This document shows positions 45,976 through 55,451 of a stretch of 64,000 nucleotides of DNA, one piece after another. The DNA is from Acidobacteriota bacterium (lineage in GTDB: Bacteria; Acidobacteriota; Blastocatellia; Pyrinomonadales; Pyrinomonadaceae). Both the position numbers and the translations under genes were made by a program. Location: contig QQUY01000002.1 in the NCBI GenBank assembly GCA_003385635.1, forward strand, positions 587,385 through 651,384. Direction: 5' to 3'. Positions within the stretch are counted from its first letter, which is position 1. Each line of letters starts with the position of its first letter. The notes under the pieces were generated by a model, which did no database searches, was not told where the DNA came from, and saw nothing but the letters and a program-made list of their open reading frames with translations.

Positions 45976-46983
45976 ATGTATCGTACAATCGCCTTCTTCA
46001 TCATCTGTTGTGCCTGTCTGCTCATCGCGCTCGCGAGCGATCCGGGCAGGACTGCAGCAGATCAGGACGAAACCGGCAGTTTGGTGGAGCACGTCAAAAC
46101 GATCGCTGCACAACAGCCGAAAGAGGGATCCGAGGGTTTCTCCGTGCCTACACTTGAACAGCAGAACGCGTTTAGAAAAATGATAACGGCTGTTCTTGAC
46201 GGGCAGATCGACAAGGCGAACGCCATCGCGCGCCGTGAGTCGTTCAACTATCGCGTCGTACCCTTCAAAGACGAGAAGACCCAACGACAGCTCCTTTTGA
46301 TTGAAGAAAATCCGCTCAAGCACGGTTGGGGATTCTTCGTGATTGATCCCGGTTCGAGGAGCCCGCTGGTAATCGAGGTCCCACACCCCGTTTCCGACGA
46401 GAATACGGAGATTCAAGGTGCGGAGGCGTTCTTGCTGACCGGTGCCCGTGCCTTTATTCTTGCCGGGACGCATCGCCGAGCCAATGGGAAGTTAAGCAAG
46501 TGTACGCAGGCAACTGAACAAAGCAGATATGCCGAGTCGGATGTCGCGCACAATACTCAGACGATGTTCCATCAGGCGCACGAGGTCTTGTTCGGCGAGG
46601 TTCCGGATTCTGTCGTCGTTCAGCTTCACGGAATGAGGGAAAGGGAGGTGTGTCCTGACGTATTTCTTAGCGGCGGATTCAAGTCTGTTTCGACAAATTC
46701 GTCGAAGCTTTTGAAATGTTTGAAAACACAGAATATCGATTCGGTACTTTTCGGTGAGACCGAGAGTTCTTGTCCTTTGATCGCCAGCACAAACGTCCAG
46801 GGAAGGTTCTCGAACGGAATGGGCGCACGTGCGTGCACCGAGTACGCGGTTGAACTGCCGCAGCCGGGCAGGTTCATACACGTCGAGCAGGAACCTGAGA
46901 TCAGAGCGAATTCAGCGGCTTGGCGCCCTGTGATCGAGGCGCTCAAGTGTGCATTTCCGGCAAATCCGCCTGGCGGAAATTAG
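45976..46983 (+). CDS. Hypothetical secreted protein
   Basis: 335 aa with a signal-like N-terminus MYRTIAFFIICCACLLIALA. His-rich conserved-looking blocks (EVPHPVSDENT, LAGTHRR, DVAHNTQTMFHQAHE, VVQLHGM) suggest a metal-dependent hydrolase. No family recognised. Confidence 0.6.
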   Translation: MYRTIAFFIICCACLLIALASDPGRTAADQDETGSLVEHVKTIAAQQPKEGSEGFSVPTLEQQNAFRKMITAVLDGQIDKANAIARRESFNYRVVPFKDEKTQRQLLLIEENPLKHGWGFFVIDPGSRSPLVIEVPHPVSDENTEIQGAEAFLLTGARAFILAGTHRRANGKLSKCTQATEQSRYAESDVAHNTQTMFHQAHEVLFGEVPDSVVVQLHGMREREVCPDVFLSGGFKSVSTNSSKLLKCLKTQNIDSVLFGETESSCPLIASTNVQGRFSNGMGARACTEYAVELPQPGRFIHVEQEPEIRANSAAWRPVIEALKCAFPANPPGGN

Positions 46984-47033
46984 AGTCTTAAGAAATCCAC
47001 GATCATAAGGCTTTCCTTCTCCGGCAATATTAG

Positions 47034-48509
47034 ATGAATAGAAACAAGATCGGATTGGTAGCCGGTCCATTGACCTTCTTGCTGGTAATGCTCTTTTTCG
47101 AGCCTGCCGGACTAACAGACCAGGCAAGGGCGGTGCTGGCTTGTACGGCGTGGATTGCGATCTGGTGGATAACGGAGGCACTTCCGATCGCTGTAACCGC
47201 TCTTCTTCCCATCATTCTGTTCCCTTTGACGGGCGGGCTTTCGCTGGGTGAAACGACCGCTTCATTCGGACATCGGTACGTCTTCCTTTATATCGGCGGG
47301 TTCGTTCTCGCGATCGCGATCCAGAAGTGGAACCTTCACAAGCGGATCGCACTTTCGGTCATCAGGGTCGTAGGAACTGACATCGTAAAGATCCTTCTTG
47401 GTTTCATGATCGCGACGGCTTTCATGTCGATGTGGATATCGAATACCGCAACGACAGTGATGATGCTCCCGATCGGAATAGCTATCGTTGCACAGTTGCA
47501 GGACAATCCCGAGACCGAAGAAAACGAAAACCTGATTTTCGGAAAGGCCCTGATGCTTGCGATCGCGTACAGCGCGACCATTGGCGGGATCTCAACGTTG
47601 ATCGGAACACCGCCAAACCTGGTTCTTGCCGGTGTTCTTCAGGAAACCTACGGGATAGAACTGACGTTCGCAAACTGGTTCATCTTTGGATTGCCAATAT
47701 CTCTTATCCTGCTTCTTATTTGTTGGTCGTACCTGACGAAGATCGCTTTCAAGTTTAAGCAGAAGGCATTTCCCGGAGGAAGGGCCGAGATCCGAAATCA
47801 GCTTGAGGCACTAGGACCTGTCAGCTTTGAAGAAAAACTAGTTCTCGCCGTCTTTGCGCTTACCGCAGCCGCCTGGATCAGCCGCGCGTTCCTGCTTGCT
47901 CCTTTCATTCCTGCGATCGACGACACGATAATAGCTATCGCCACAACCGTTGTTCTATTCATTCTTCCCGCCAGAGAAAGAGGAAAGAAGATAGTTACCT
48001 GGGAAGAAGCGGTCAAGTTGCCCTGGGGTATCCTCCTTTTGTTTGGCGGCGGGATGGCATTGGCGGCCGGATTTCAGGAGAGCGGACTCGCTTCATGGCT
48101 TGGCGGACAAGTGACTCTGCTTCAGGGAGTCGCGATAATCGTCCTTGTTGTAGTCCTGATCGCAGCCGTCAATTTTCTTACGGAGGTCACCAGCAATCTT
48201 GCGACTACCGCGATGCTGCTCCCGATCCTTGCGCCGCTTGCTCTCGCGATAGATATTCATCCACTGTTGCTGATGGTCGCAGCTACCGTAGCGGCCTCTT
48301 GCGCTTTTATGCTTCCGGTGGCAACGCCGCCCAATGCGGTAGTATTCGGTTCGGGCTATCTCACGATTCCGGATATGGTCAAGACCGGATTCTGGCTGAA
48401 CCTGATCTCGATCGGACTTCTGACGCTCTTTGTGTACTTTGTATTGCCCCAGCTTTGGAGCTTCGATGCCTCGACGTTTCCCGAGGCATTAAAAACGGTC
48501 GGCAAATGA
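47034..48509 (+). CDS. DASS/SLC13-family anion:sodium symporter
   Basis: Multi-TM protein with the two hairpin-tip SNT motifs (WISNTATTVMMLPI and VTSNLATTAMLLPI) typical of divalent anion:Na+ symporters. Confidence 0.85.
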   Translation: MNRNKIGLVAGPLTFLLVMLFFEPAGLTDQARAVLACTAWIAIWWITEALPIAVTALLPIILFPLTGGLSLGETTASFGHRYVFLYIGGFVLAIAIQKWNLHKRIALSVIRVVGTDIVKILLGFMIATAFMSMWISNTATTVMMLPIGIAIVAQLQDNPETEENENLIFGKALMLAIAYSATIGGISTLIGTPPNLVLAGVLQETYGIELTFANWFIFGLPISLILLLICWSYLTKIAFKFKQKAFPGGRAEIRNQLEALGPVSFEEKLVLAVFALTAAAWISRAFLLAPFIPAIDDTIIAIATTVVLFILPARERGKKIVTWEEAVKLPWGILLLFGGGMALAAGFQESGLASWLGGQVTLLQGVAIIVLVVVLIAAVNFLTEVTSNLATTAMLLPILAPLALAIDIHPLLLMVAATVAASCAFMLPVATPPNAVVFGSGYLTIPDMVKTGFWLNLISIGLLTLFVYFVLPQLWSFDASTFPEALKTVGK

Positions 48510-48561
48510 CGGTACAAATCTCAGCGCTTGTCTTTGTTTGACTTAGAGGAACCCAAGAACG

Positions 48562-50184
48562 ATGACCCATCACCTACGATCGCACATTACAGCCTTGGTG
48601 TTTTGTCTGCTTTTACTTGTGCCCGGAACACACTCGGAAAGCGGAAAGGTAACCGAGTTCGACCTGCTGATAACGAACGCCAGGATCGTTGACGGTTCCG
48701 GGAATCCCTGGTTCCGCGGGTCGATCGCCGTAAAAGATGGGCGGATCGCCCGGATCGGCAGAATGGACAAGTCTTCTGCAAAACAGATCATCGACGCAAG
48801 AGGTTTGATAGTTGCGCCGGGTTTCATAGATGTTCACGCTCATACTGAGTCGATCTATGAAAACCGTAGTGCGGAAAACTTCATAAGAATGGGTGTAACA
48901 TCATTGATCACAGGTAATTGCGGAAACTCTGTGATCGATGTAGGCGAGTTTCTGGGTCGAATGAACGATCAGCCGATCGCCTTGAACCTTGGAACATTGA
49001 TCGCTCACGGCGCTGTCCGGGAAGAAGTCGTCGGACTCGATGACCGGGAAGTGGAAGATTCTGAACATGAGGCAATGAGGGATCTCGTGGATCGCGCGAT
49101 GAAGGATGGCGCCGTGGGACTCTCGACAGGACTGATATACGTCCCTGGCACTTTCGCGCCGTCGGAAGAAGTTGTGGATCTGGCGAGGGTCGCTGCCCGG
49201 CACGGAGGGGTCTATGCGAGCCATATAAGGAACGAGGGTACGAAAGTCGAAGAGGCCATTCGTGAGGCTGTTGACATAGGTCGAAAGGCCGACATCCCCG
49301 TTCACATTTCGCATTTCAAACTTGCGGGAAAGACGATGTGGGGGAAAAGTGAGACCACTATCGATCTCGTCAAGGCGGCAAGAAGAAGCGGCATACAGGT
49401 TACGGTCGACCAATACGCGTATACAGCTTCTTCGACATCGCTAGATGCCAGGCTTCCTAGCTGGGCGATCGCCGGCGGAAGGGAAGAAGGCACCAGACGG
49501 CTCGAGGATCCAGAAACACGAAAACGGATCGTCGATGAGATGAAGGAGTATCTCGAAAGGAACGGATTCGAGGATTTCAGTTTTGCCTATGTAGCTGATT
49601 ACAAAGCTGATCCGTCCCTGAACGGCAAGAATATTGCGGAAATAACCCAACTGGAGAAGAAGACAAAGGATGTCGACGCGCAGCTCGACATGATCTTCGA
49701 GATGTACAAGACGGGACGGGTTCAGATGGTCTATCAGATGATGTTCGAACAGGACGTCCGCGACATCATGAAACAACCGTTTGCAATGATCGCCGCCGAC
49801 TCCGGCGTACGCAGGTTCGGAAGCGGAGTTCCCCACCCGAGAGGTTACGGAAACAACGCACGCGTTCTCGGCAGGTATGTCCGCGATCTCGGGACGATCA
49901 CGCTAGAAGACGCGATCCGCAAGATGACGTCATTGCCCGCACAGACCTTTGGACTCAATCATCGCGGCCTGTTGAAGGACGGGAACATCGCTGACATTGT
50001 GATCTTTGACGAACAGGCGGTTGCAGACAAAGCCACTTTCGAAGACCCTCACCAGTACGCGGCAGGTTTCAAGACCGTCATTGTAAACGGGACCGTGGTA
50101 TTCGACGGAGAGAAGATGACAGGAAAAATGCCCGGCCGACCGCTCTTTGGTCCGGGTAAGTATGGTGGAGCCAGAGAAAATTGA
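48562..50184 (+). CDS. N-acyl-D-amino-acid deacylase (D-aminoacylase) family amidohydrolase, secreted
   Basis: Signal peptide. [16 protein letters not shown]...[12 protein letters not shown] metal-binding motif. HISHFK and C-terminal [18 protein letters not shown] are typical of the family. Confidence 0.85.
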   Translation: MTHHLRSHITALVFCLLLLVPGTHSESGKVTEFDLLITNARIVDGSGNPWFRGSIAVKDGRIARIGRMDKSSAKQIIDARGLIVAPGFIDVHAHTESIYENRSAENFIRMGVTSLITGNCGNSVIDVGEFLGRMNDQPIALNLGTLIAHGAVREEVVGLDDREVEDSEHEAMRDLVDRAMKDGAVGLSTGLIYVPGTFAPSEEVVDLARVAARHGGVYASHIRNEGTKVEEAIREAVDIGRKADIPVHISHFKLAGKTMWGKSETTIDLVKAARRSGIQVTVDQYAYTASSTSLDARLPSWAIAGGREEGTRRLEDPETRKRIVDEMKEYLERNGFEDFSFAYVADYKADPSLNGKNIAEITQLEKKTKDVDAQLDMIFEMYKTGRVQMVYQMMFEQDVRDIMKQPFAMIAADSGVRRFGSGVPHPRGYGNNARVLGRYVRDLGTITLEDAIRKMTSLPAQTFGLNHRGLLKDGNIADIVIFDEQAVADKATFEDPHQYAAGFKTVIVNGTVVFDGEKMTGKMPGRPLFGPGKYGGAREN

Positions 50185-50677
50185 AGTTTCTGATTGTAGA
50201 AGGGGCTTGCCGCGCGTCACTTGTTAGCCTGAAGATTCCTGGAAGCGGCTTTTTCGCCCTTTTGAGAGCTAAGCAAGCGGTTGACCGAATCGTACCAAAT
50301 CGAATGACAATCGCAAACATGTAGCCCCTGCGTTTTATCAATCGCAACGTGAGGACGGTTGTACCACAGAGGACACGGAGAGCACAGAGAAAGCAAGACC
50401 GTTCTTGATTGGCCGTACATTCTCCTCTCTATAAGCACCCTTCGCTGCAAGGTTATCCGCTCTTGCTAGATCTGGGACAAACCTTATTGATCCGGTTCAT
50501 TCTTTTGAGCTTGACTCTTTTGGTGGTTGGCTGGAGTATTCATCTGCACGGAAATTCTATACGGATCTGAGCGCACAAGATTCTTTTCGGTTGAAGCGCT
50601 TAGCGGTAAACCAACGGCCGTTTCAGTGCCAAACTAGCAATAAGGACTTCCAACCGTACTTCGGTTGTTCATCTGAG

Positions 50678-51019
50678 ATGAAAAGTATCAAATCCGATCC
50701 AGCTACGACCCCGTTTCGAATTTCAATCGACTCTCACAAAGCAGTTCTAAAAGCTGCGCATCCCGACTATGATCCTAGATTTAACCTGGTTTCGACGATT
50801 GCACTTACCAGCCCTAGTAGTCCGAGAAGGTACTGGTTGATGTTTAGGAGGAAATCCAAGATCAACAACCCCTACTACGATAGGAAAAACGATGTTCTTT
50901 ATATTGACTTTTCTATCGAAGAGACATCCGCAGTTCTTCAGCTCTTAGAATCAAAGAAGCCAGCCAACCTTGAGCTGAAGAACCAAGATGGAAGGATTTG
51001 GGTCGAGCTATACGTGTGA
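50678..51019 (+). CDS. Hypothetical protein with a DUF2283-like C-terminal half
   Basis: ATG at 50678 (the track ORF begins at a TTG at 50591). YYDRKNDVLYIDFS...NQDGRIWVELYV resembles the YD.e.D.LYI.l ... DG.ivGiEi pattern of DUF2283. AT-richer than its surroundings. Weak call. Confidence 0.35.
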   Translation: MKSIKSDPATTPFRISIDSHKAVLKAAHPDYDPRFNLVSTIALTSPSSPRRYWLMFRRKSKINNPYYDRKNDVLYIDFSIEETSAVLQLLESKKPANLELKNQDGRIWVELYV

Positions 51020-51062
51020 CCGACGGGAATCCGCCTGATCAGAAACTCTCTTGTTCCTGAAT

Positions 51063-51211
51063 GCGGCTCCGCCGCCCTGCTGTGCGGTAAGCCTCTGGCT
51101 TACCGAAACGTCGCGCTGCAAAAACAAATGCGGGGGCAAAGCCCCCGCAGGACATTTATCGGGGGCCGCGGAAAGGCAGAGCCTTTCCGCACATCAACGC
51201 GGCGAAGCCGC
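51063..51211. repeat. Array of five short GC-rich stem-loops between convergent genes
   Basis: GCGGC tcc GCCGC (51063-75), GGTAAGCC tct GGCTTACC (51086-104), TGCGGGGGC aaa GCCCCCGCA (51129-49), GCGGAAAGG cagag CCTTTCCGC (51168-90), GCGGC gaa GCCGC (51199-211). Confidence 0.55.
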
Positions 51212-51250
51212 ACCCATAGAATCTAAGATCGAGTTTTCTCGATTCCCGAC

Positions 51251-53767
51251 CTACGAACCGACTACATAAACGTTCGGCAGCGGGATATCACCGTTCACTC
51301 CAAACGGAACTGCCTGGAAACCGTTGGTCGAGCCGAAGATATACCAAGTGTTGTCCGAAGATCGGAACACCGCAGGATCGAATCTGCCGTCGCCGTCGTA
51401 ATCTCCCGGAGCGGGAGTATCAGTTCCGACTCCCCAAGGAAAGGCGAAGAATGAGTCGTCTTCGGACCTGATCACATACCAGTTCCCCTCCGATGGCCTG
51501 AAGAATGCTACATCGGATTTGCCGTCTCCGGTCCAGTCACCGACAGCCGTTCTGTCACCGGCAGCGCCAAACTGGAATGCCTTGATGCCCTCAGATGACC
51601 TGAACAGCCAAAACTGATTGTCAGGTGCCCTGTAAACAGCCACGTCGTCCATTCCGTCGCCGTCGTAATCTGAGACGATCGGTAGATCTGCGGCAACTCC
51701 GAACGGAATCACGGTCAGCCCACCATCAGAAGACCTGACGATGAACCAGGTGCCTGAGGAAGCCCTGTAGACGGCCGGATCGGCCTTACCATCACCGTCA
51801 AAATCTCCGGGAGCAGGTATGTCTCCGGGCGCTCCGAACGGAAATGCGAAGAACGAATCGTCCTCACTTCTAAGGATGAACCACTGGCCGGTCGAAGGCC
51901 GCCAGAACGCAATATCGGTCTTTCCATCGCCGGTAAAATCAGCGGGAACAGGAGTGTCAGACGAGTTTCCGAACGCAAGTCCGCGAGTTCCCTGATCACT
52001 CGATCTCAAAAGCCACCACTGGGAAGTGCTGCCTTCCGGCGCCGGACCGTCCGACAACGCTCCGGGGTTTGGCCGGAAAACGCCTACGTCGGTCTTTCCG
52101 TCACCGTCGATGTCGAGATACGATCGGTCGCCAACGAAAGTGTCTCCGATAGTGAAATGAGGAGAAGATGCACCAGCCGGATCTAAATACCCTTCCTCCC
52201 GAATCCTCACCCTCGCACGGGCGACAAACTGGTTCGGGACGTTGAACTGCTGCTGTCCCGTGTTCGGAACATCTTCCGCGACAACTGTCGGGTAAGTCTC
52301 TCCGTTGTCAGTCGATAGTTCGATGGTGACGTTCTGGTCAAATCCTCCGTTGTTGTCCCAGGTGATCATCGTCTGCGAACCCGGAGCGACTGCAATACCG
52401 CTTGGCTGAACGTTAACGATGGCATCCGGCGTACCGTCCTTGTTCGTGTCCCTTTGCCAACCGACATCTCTCATCTGCTGTTTTGTGAGATCCAGGTCGA
52501 GCGGCAGAGCGAGAGTGAAATCCGGCTCCATAAGTAGGTTCGGGAATGTATCCACGTCCCAGTGCGAGATAGATGAACCGCCCTCGACGGGGTTAGGAGT
52601 ATAGAGTTGCACGAATCCGTTCGAACCGTCCCTGCCTGCATTGAGGAATCCCGACGCAGATGCCACACTCGGTCCGCTCCAAAGAACATTTCCATCATTG
52701 ATCGCCGAAGTAATTCGCTCGGCATCGGACATATCGTTCCAGAATTTCCCGGTCGTTCGGTCGAACATGTGTGTCGTGAACACATCGGGAAAACCATTGA
52801 ACAGAACCCCGGTATTCGCGTTCGCAAAATCGGAAAACCCGAGTCCATGGCCGAACTCGTGAAGGATCACGACAAGCAGGTTGATCGTTCCCTGTGGATT
52901 CGCATTGTCGAGTCCAAGGTAGAATCTGAGGCTCTGAAGACAGCCAGGGGAACCGTTCAAGTTGCTGTTGAACGTAGCCGTCATCTCGGAAGTATTTGGC
53001 ACAAGTATCTGCCCGGCAAGCTTCTCGGCAAGTGCGAGATGATACCAAGTGCCGGGATGGATCGCGCCGGGGAAATCCCTCACGATGGTTGTAGCGCTCG
53101 CACTTCCAAGCGTACCCTGTGTCGGAGTGCAGAACAGCGGATCGAACTGAGACTGGATCTGAATTTCGATCTGTGTATCCAGCACGCTCTCCCAAATATC
53201 GGCCGCGGCATTAAATACATTGAGCCTCTGCGCGCCAAGGGTCGCTCCATTGTTTCCGCCTTCCGGAGCCGCGGGCGTCGCGTCGTTGAATCCCTCGCCC
53301 GCTCCGTCGTTATTGACAATGCTGATGGTGGAATTGGTAAGCGAAGAACGCCTTTCAGCGTAATTCTCTATCAACTTTGTGTAGTAAATGTACTCGGATT
53401 CCGACATCCCGTGATCTCGGGCAGCAGTCTTTGTGTCAGATGTCCCGATATCCGTCTTGAATAAATATCTGCTGAAGTCGTTAACTCCATCGAGAAATGA
53501 ATCGGCCTGGGCCGAATCGGAGATGCATCCGATCCGCACTTTTCCGTATGGCGTTTGACGGGCAAGAAGCACGTTCTGAAATCTTCCGTCGAGCCCAACG
53601 ATTACACTCCCGTTCGGGTGCCGCGTGTCAGAAAGGCCTTCTGAAGTCCTGTTCGTTACCTTTTCGACCCATTCCTTAAACGATTCACGGTCAGGGTTTT
53701 GTGCAGAACTTATAGGTGGAAAAGTTAGAAGGGCGATTAGCAACAAAAAAAGAAATCTGTTCTTCAT
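51251..53767 (-). CDS. Secreted zinc metalloprotease-like protein (HExxHxxGxxD) with six C-terminal DxDGDG (FG-GAP/VCBS-like) repeats
   Basis: Signal peptide. VVILHEFGHGLGFSDF zinc motif. C-terminal 289 aa contain 6 repeats of the same module as the 13489-17274 protein. Confidence 0.8.
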   Translation of the reverse strand: MKNRFLFLLLIALLTFPPISSAQNPDRESFKEWVEKVTNRTSEGLSDTRHPNGSVIVGLDGRFQNVLLARQTPYGKVRIGCISDSAQADSFLDGVNDFSRYLFKTDIGTSDTKTAARDHGMSESEYIYYTKLIENYAERRSSLTNSTISIVNNDGAGEGFNDATPAAPEGGNNGATLGAQRLNVFNAAADIWESVLDTQIEIQIQSQFDPLFCTPTQGTLGSASATTIVRDFPGAIHPGTWYHLALAEKLAGQILVPNTSEMTATFNSNLNGSPGCLQSLRFYLGLDNANPQGTINLLVVILHEFGHGLGFSDFANANTGVLFNGFPDVFTTHMFDRTTGKFWNDMSDAERITSAINDGNVLWSGPSVASASGFLNAGRDGSNGFVQLYTPNPVEGGSSISHWDVDTFPNLLMEPDFTLALPLDLDLTKQQMRDVGWQRDTNKDGTPDAIVNVQPSGIAVAPGSQTMITWDNNGGFDQNVTIELSTDNGETYPTVVAEDVPNTGQQQFNVPNQFVARARVRIREEGYLDPAGASSPHFTIGDTFVGDRSYLDIDGDGKTDVGVFRPNPGALSDGPAPEGSTSQWWLLRSSDQGTRGLAFGNSSDTPVPADFTGDGKTDIAFWRPSTGQWFILRSEDDSFFAFPFGAPGDIPAPGDFDGDGKADPAVYRASSGTWFIVRSSDGGLTVIPFGVAADLPIVSDYDGDGMDDVAVYRAPDNQFWLFRSSEGIKAFQFGAAGDRTAVGDWTGDGKSDVAFFRPSEGNWYVIRSEDDSFFAFPWGVGTDTPAPGDYDGDGRFDPAVFRSSDNTWYIFGSTNGFQAVPFGVNGDIPLPNVYVVGS

Positions 53768-54009
53768 TGGTTGAACTCCTGTCTCCTGGATCCGCTAAAA
53801 CGACCGCGAATCGCTCTACTGCTGACAACCACTCGTCGGGAAATTCCGCTCAAGTGAAAACTGCGTGTGTCCTAATCCTATAACCGAATGCCCTCATATT
53901 CACAAGAAATATTCCCTGTTGCCAACTTTTGCAGCATGAACCTGCTTCACAAGTCGCCGGAGTGTCAGTTATTCTGAATCACTGATAGCAGTTTTCCGCA
54001 GTCTCACTG

Positions 54010-55116
54010 ATGACGATAACAAGCGATATATTGTTGAAAATGCTGGTCCTGGGACTGCTCTGTACCTCTGTCGCGGCTCAGACGTCTGCGGAAGATCACT
54101 TCGATGCCGGAGTGGCTCTTGTGAACAAAGGCGAGATCAGCGAAGCCGTAGCGAGATTTGATCAGGCGATCGCGATCGATCCGTATTTTCTGGAAGTGTA
54201 CTTTGCGCGAAGCGAAGCGCGGACGGTCCTCGAGGATCTGCCGGGCGCGATCGGCGATCTGGACAGGGTGATCGAACTCGAACGCACCAGCGGCAGGGCC
54301 TATTATCGACGCGCACATCTCAAGGACAGACTGATCGCTTCCGACCTAGCGTCAGGAAAGCTCGCAGAGAAAGATGAGATCAAGCGTCGACGCAAAGAAG
54401 TTCTCAGCGACCTGAATTCCGCCATCGCCTACGGAAACACGAACAAAGAGACCTACCTTTTTCGGGGCGACTACTATCTTGAACATTTCGACAATCGCAC
54501 AGCGGCGATCGACGACCTTTCAAAGGCGATCCAATATGATCCTTTCGACCGCGATTTGTTAATGAAGCGAGCGGCCATCCTGCAGGAAGATGGAGAACTT
54601 GAGGAAGCGGCGAAAGACCTTCAAAACGTGGTTTCACAGTTCGATTCAGTTGTTTCTCAAGGAAAGAGCAACGGTAATGGACTTGAGCCGATCAGGGCAC
54701 GATCGGTCGAGGCATTGCATGAACTGCTGAAGGTCTACGAAGCTAATGGCCAGCCAGATAAGATCCGGCCGGTGCTAGTGAGGCTTTTGGAACTTGAGCC
54801 GACCGCGGAGTTGTACATGGGTCTTGCTCGACACGATTTGATCCACGGAAACATTGAAGATGCGCTGAATGCCTACACAAAAGCCATCGGGATGACTGAT
54901 GCCCGTGACAGATCGCTTGGCCGGATCTACGCTGATCGCGCGATCGTTTACATGCTTTTGGAATTGAGATCAGAGGCGGAGGCGGATGTTGCAAAAGCCA
55001 AGCAGATCGACCCGAAACTGAAGAAGTTCGACGTAAAGAAGGAAGCGGAGAGCGTCAGTAAGCGTCGAAGGTTCAAACCGAAGAGGGCCGACGTCCGGAA
55101 CAGTGAACAGAACTAG
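54010..55116 (+). CDS. TPR-repeat protein with signal peptide
   Basis: 368 aa. Repeated A..YY.RA/G....A..D...AI..DP 34-residue periodicity. Basic C-terminal tail. Confidence 0.75.
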   Translation: MTITSDILLKMLVLGLLCTSVAAQTSAEDHFDAGVALVNKGEISEAVARFDQAIAIDPYFLEVYFARSEARTVLEDLPGAIGDLDRVIELERTSGRAYYRRAHLKDRLIASDLASGKLAEKDEIKRRRKEVLSDLNSAIAYGNTNKETYLFRGDYYLEHFDNRTAAIDDLSKAIQYDPFDRDLLMKRAAILQEDGELEEAAKDLQNVVSQFDSVVSQGKSNGNGLEPIRARSVEALHELLKVYEANGQPDKIRPVLVRLLELEPTAELYMGLARHDLIHGNIEDALNAYTKAIGMTDARDRSLGRIYADRAIVYMLLELRSEAEADVAKAKQIDPKLKKFDVKKEAESVSKRRRFKPKRADVRNSEQN

Positions 55117-55221
55117 TTTACAGAAGCCCGCGACCCAATTAGACACGAGGTTAAAAGATTGATATCCGGTTCTCCTGCGTCAAATAAGCATCTTCCGAGA
55201 CACTCTACGCGCAGTTTATCC

Positions 55222-55369
55222 GCTCCGTTAGGAGCTCAATGTCTGTAGGATCAAATGTGCTTCTGAACGCAGCCCATAGGAGCTGAATTCGGTTGGTGGG
55301 TTGCGCTCCTAACGGGGCGCCGTGATTGTTCAGTTTGAATTTCTACAGACATTTAGCTCCTCACGGAGC
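55222..55369. repeat. 148-bp MITE-like element with 27-bp terminal inverted repeats
   Basis: Left GCTCCGTTAGGAGCTCAATGTCTGTAG against the reverse complement of the right end, GCTCCGTGAGGAGCTAAATGTCTGTAG (25 of 27 identical). Each end contains a GCTCC-N4-GGAGC mini-hairpin. Internal hairpin GCGCTCCtaacGGGGCGC. Confidence 0.6.
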
Positions 55370-55451
55370 CCAGAGCAGCAAAATTCAAACACGTACGAGA
55401 AGACAGCTCGTTTTCGGTATTTAAGGGCGGAGGTTTAGAGAGTACACTGTT

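Noticed and set aside
51211-51226. 16-nt near-identity (CA.CCATAGAATCTAA) with the rpmH promoter -10 region at 31251-31266
   Set aside because: The shared 13-mer is unlikely by chance, but at 51194-51199 the -35 position reads TCAACG (a poor match). There is also no downstream plus-strand gene, since a promoter here would fire antisense into the protease gene. The evidence is insufficient to call a promoter or sRNA. It may be part of a small repeat.
52607-53464. 285-aa ORF on the plus strand
   Set aside because: It is antisense to the HExxH protease-like gene (51251-53767). The Arg/Ser-rich translation is typical of an antisense frame.
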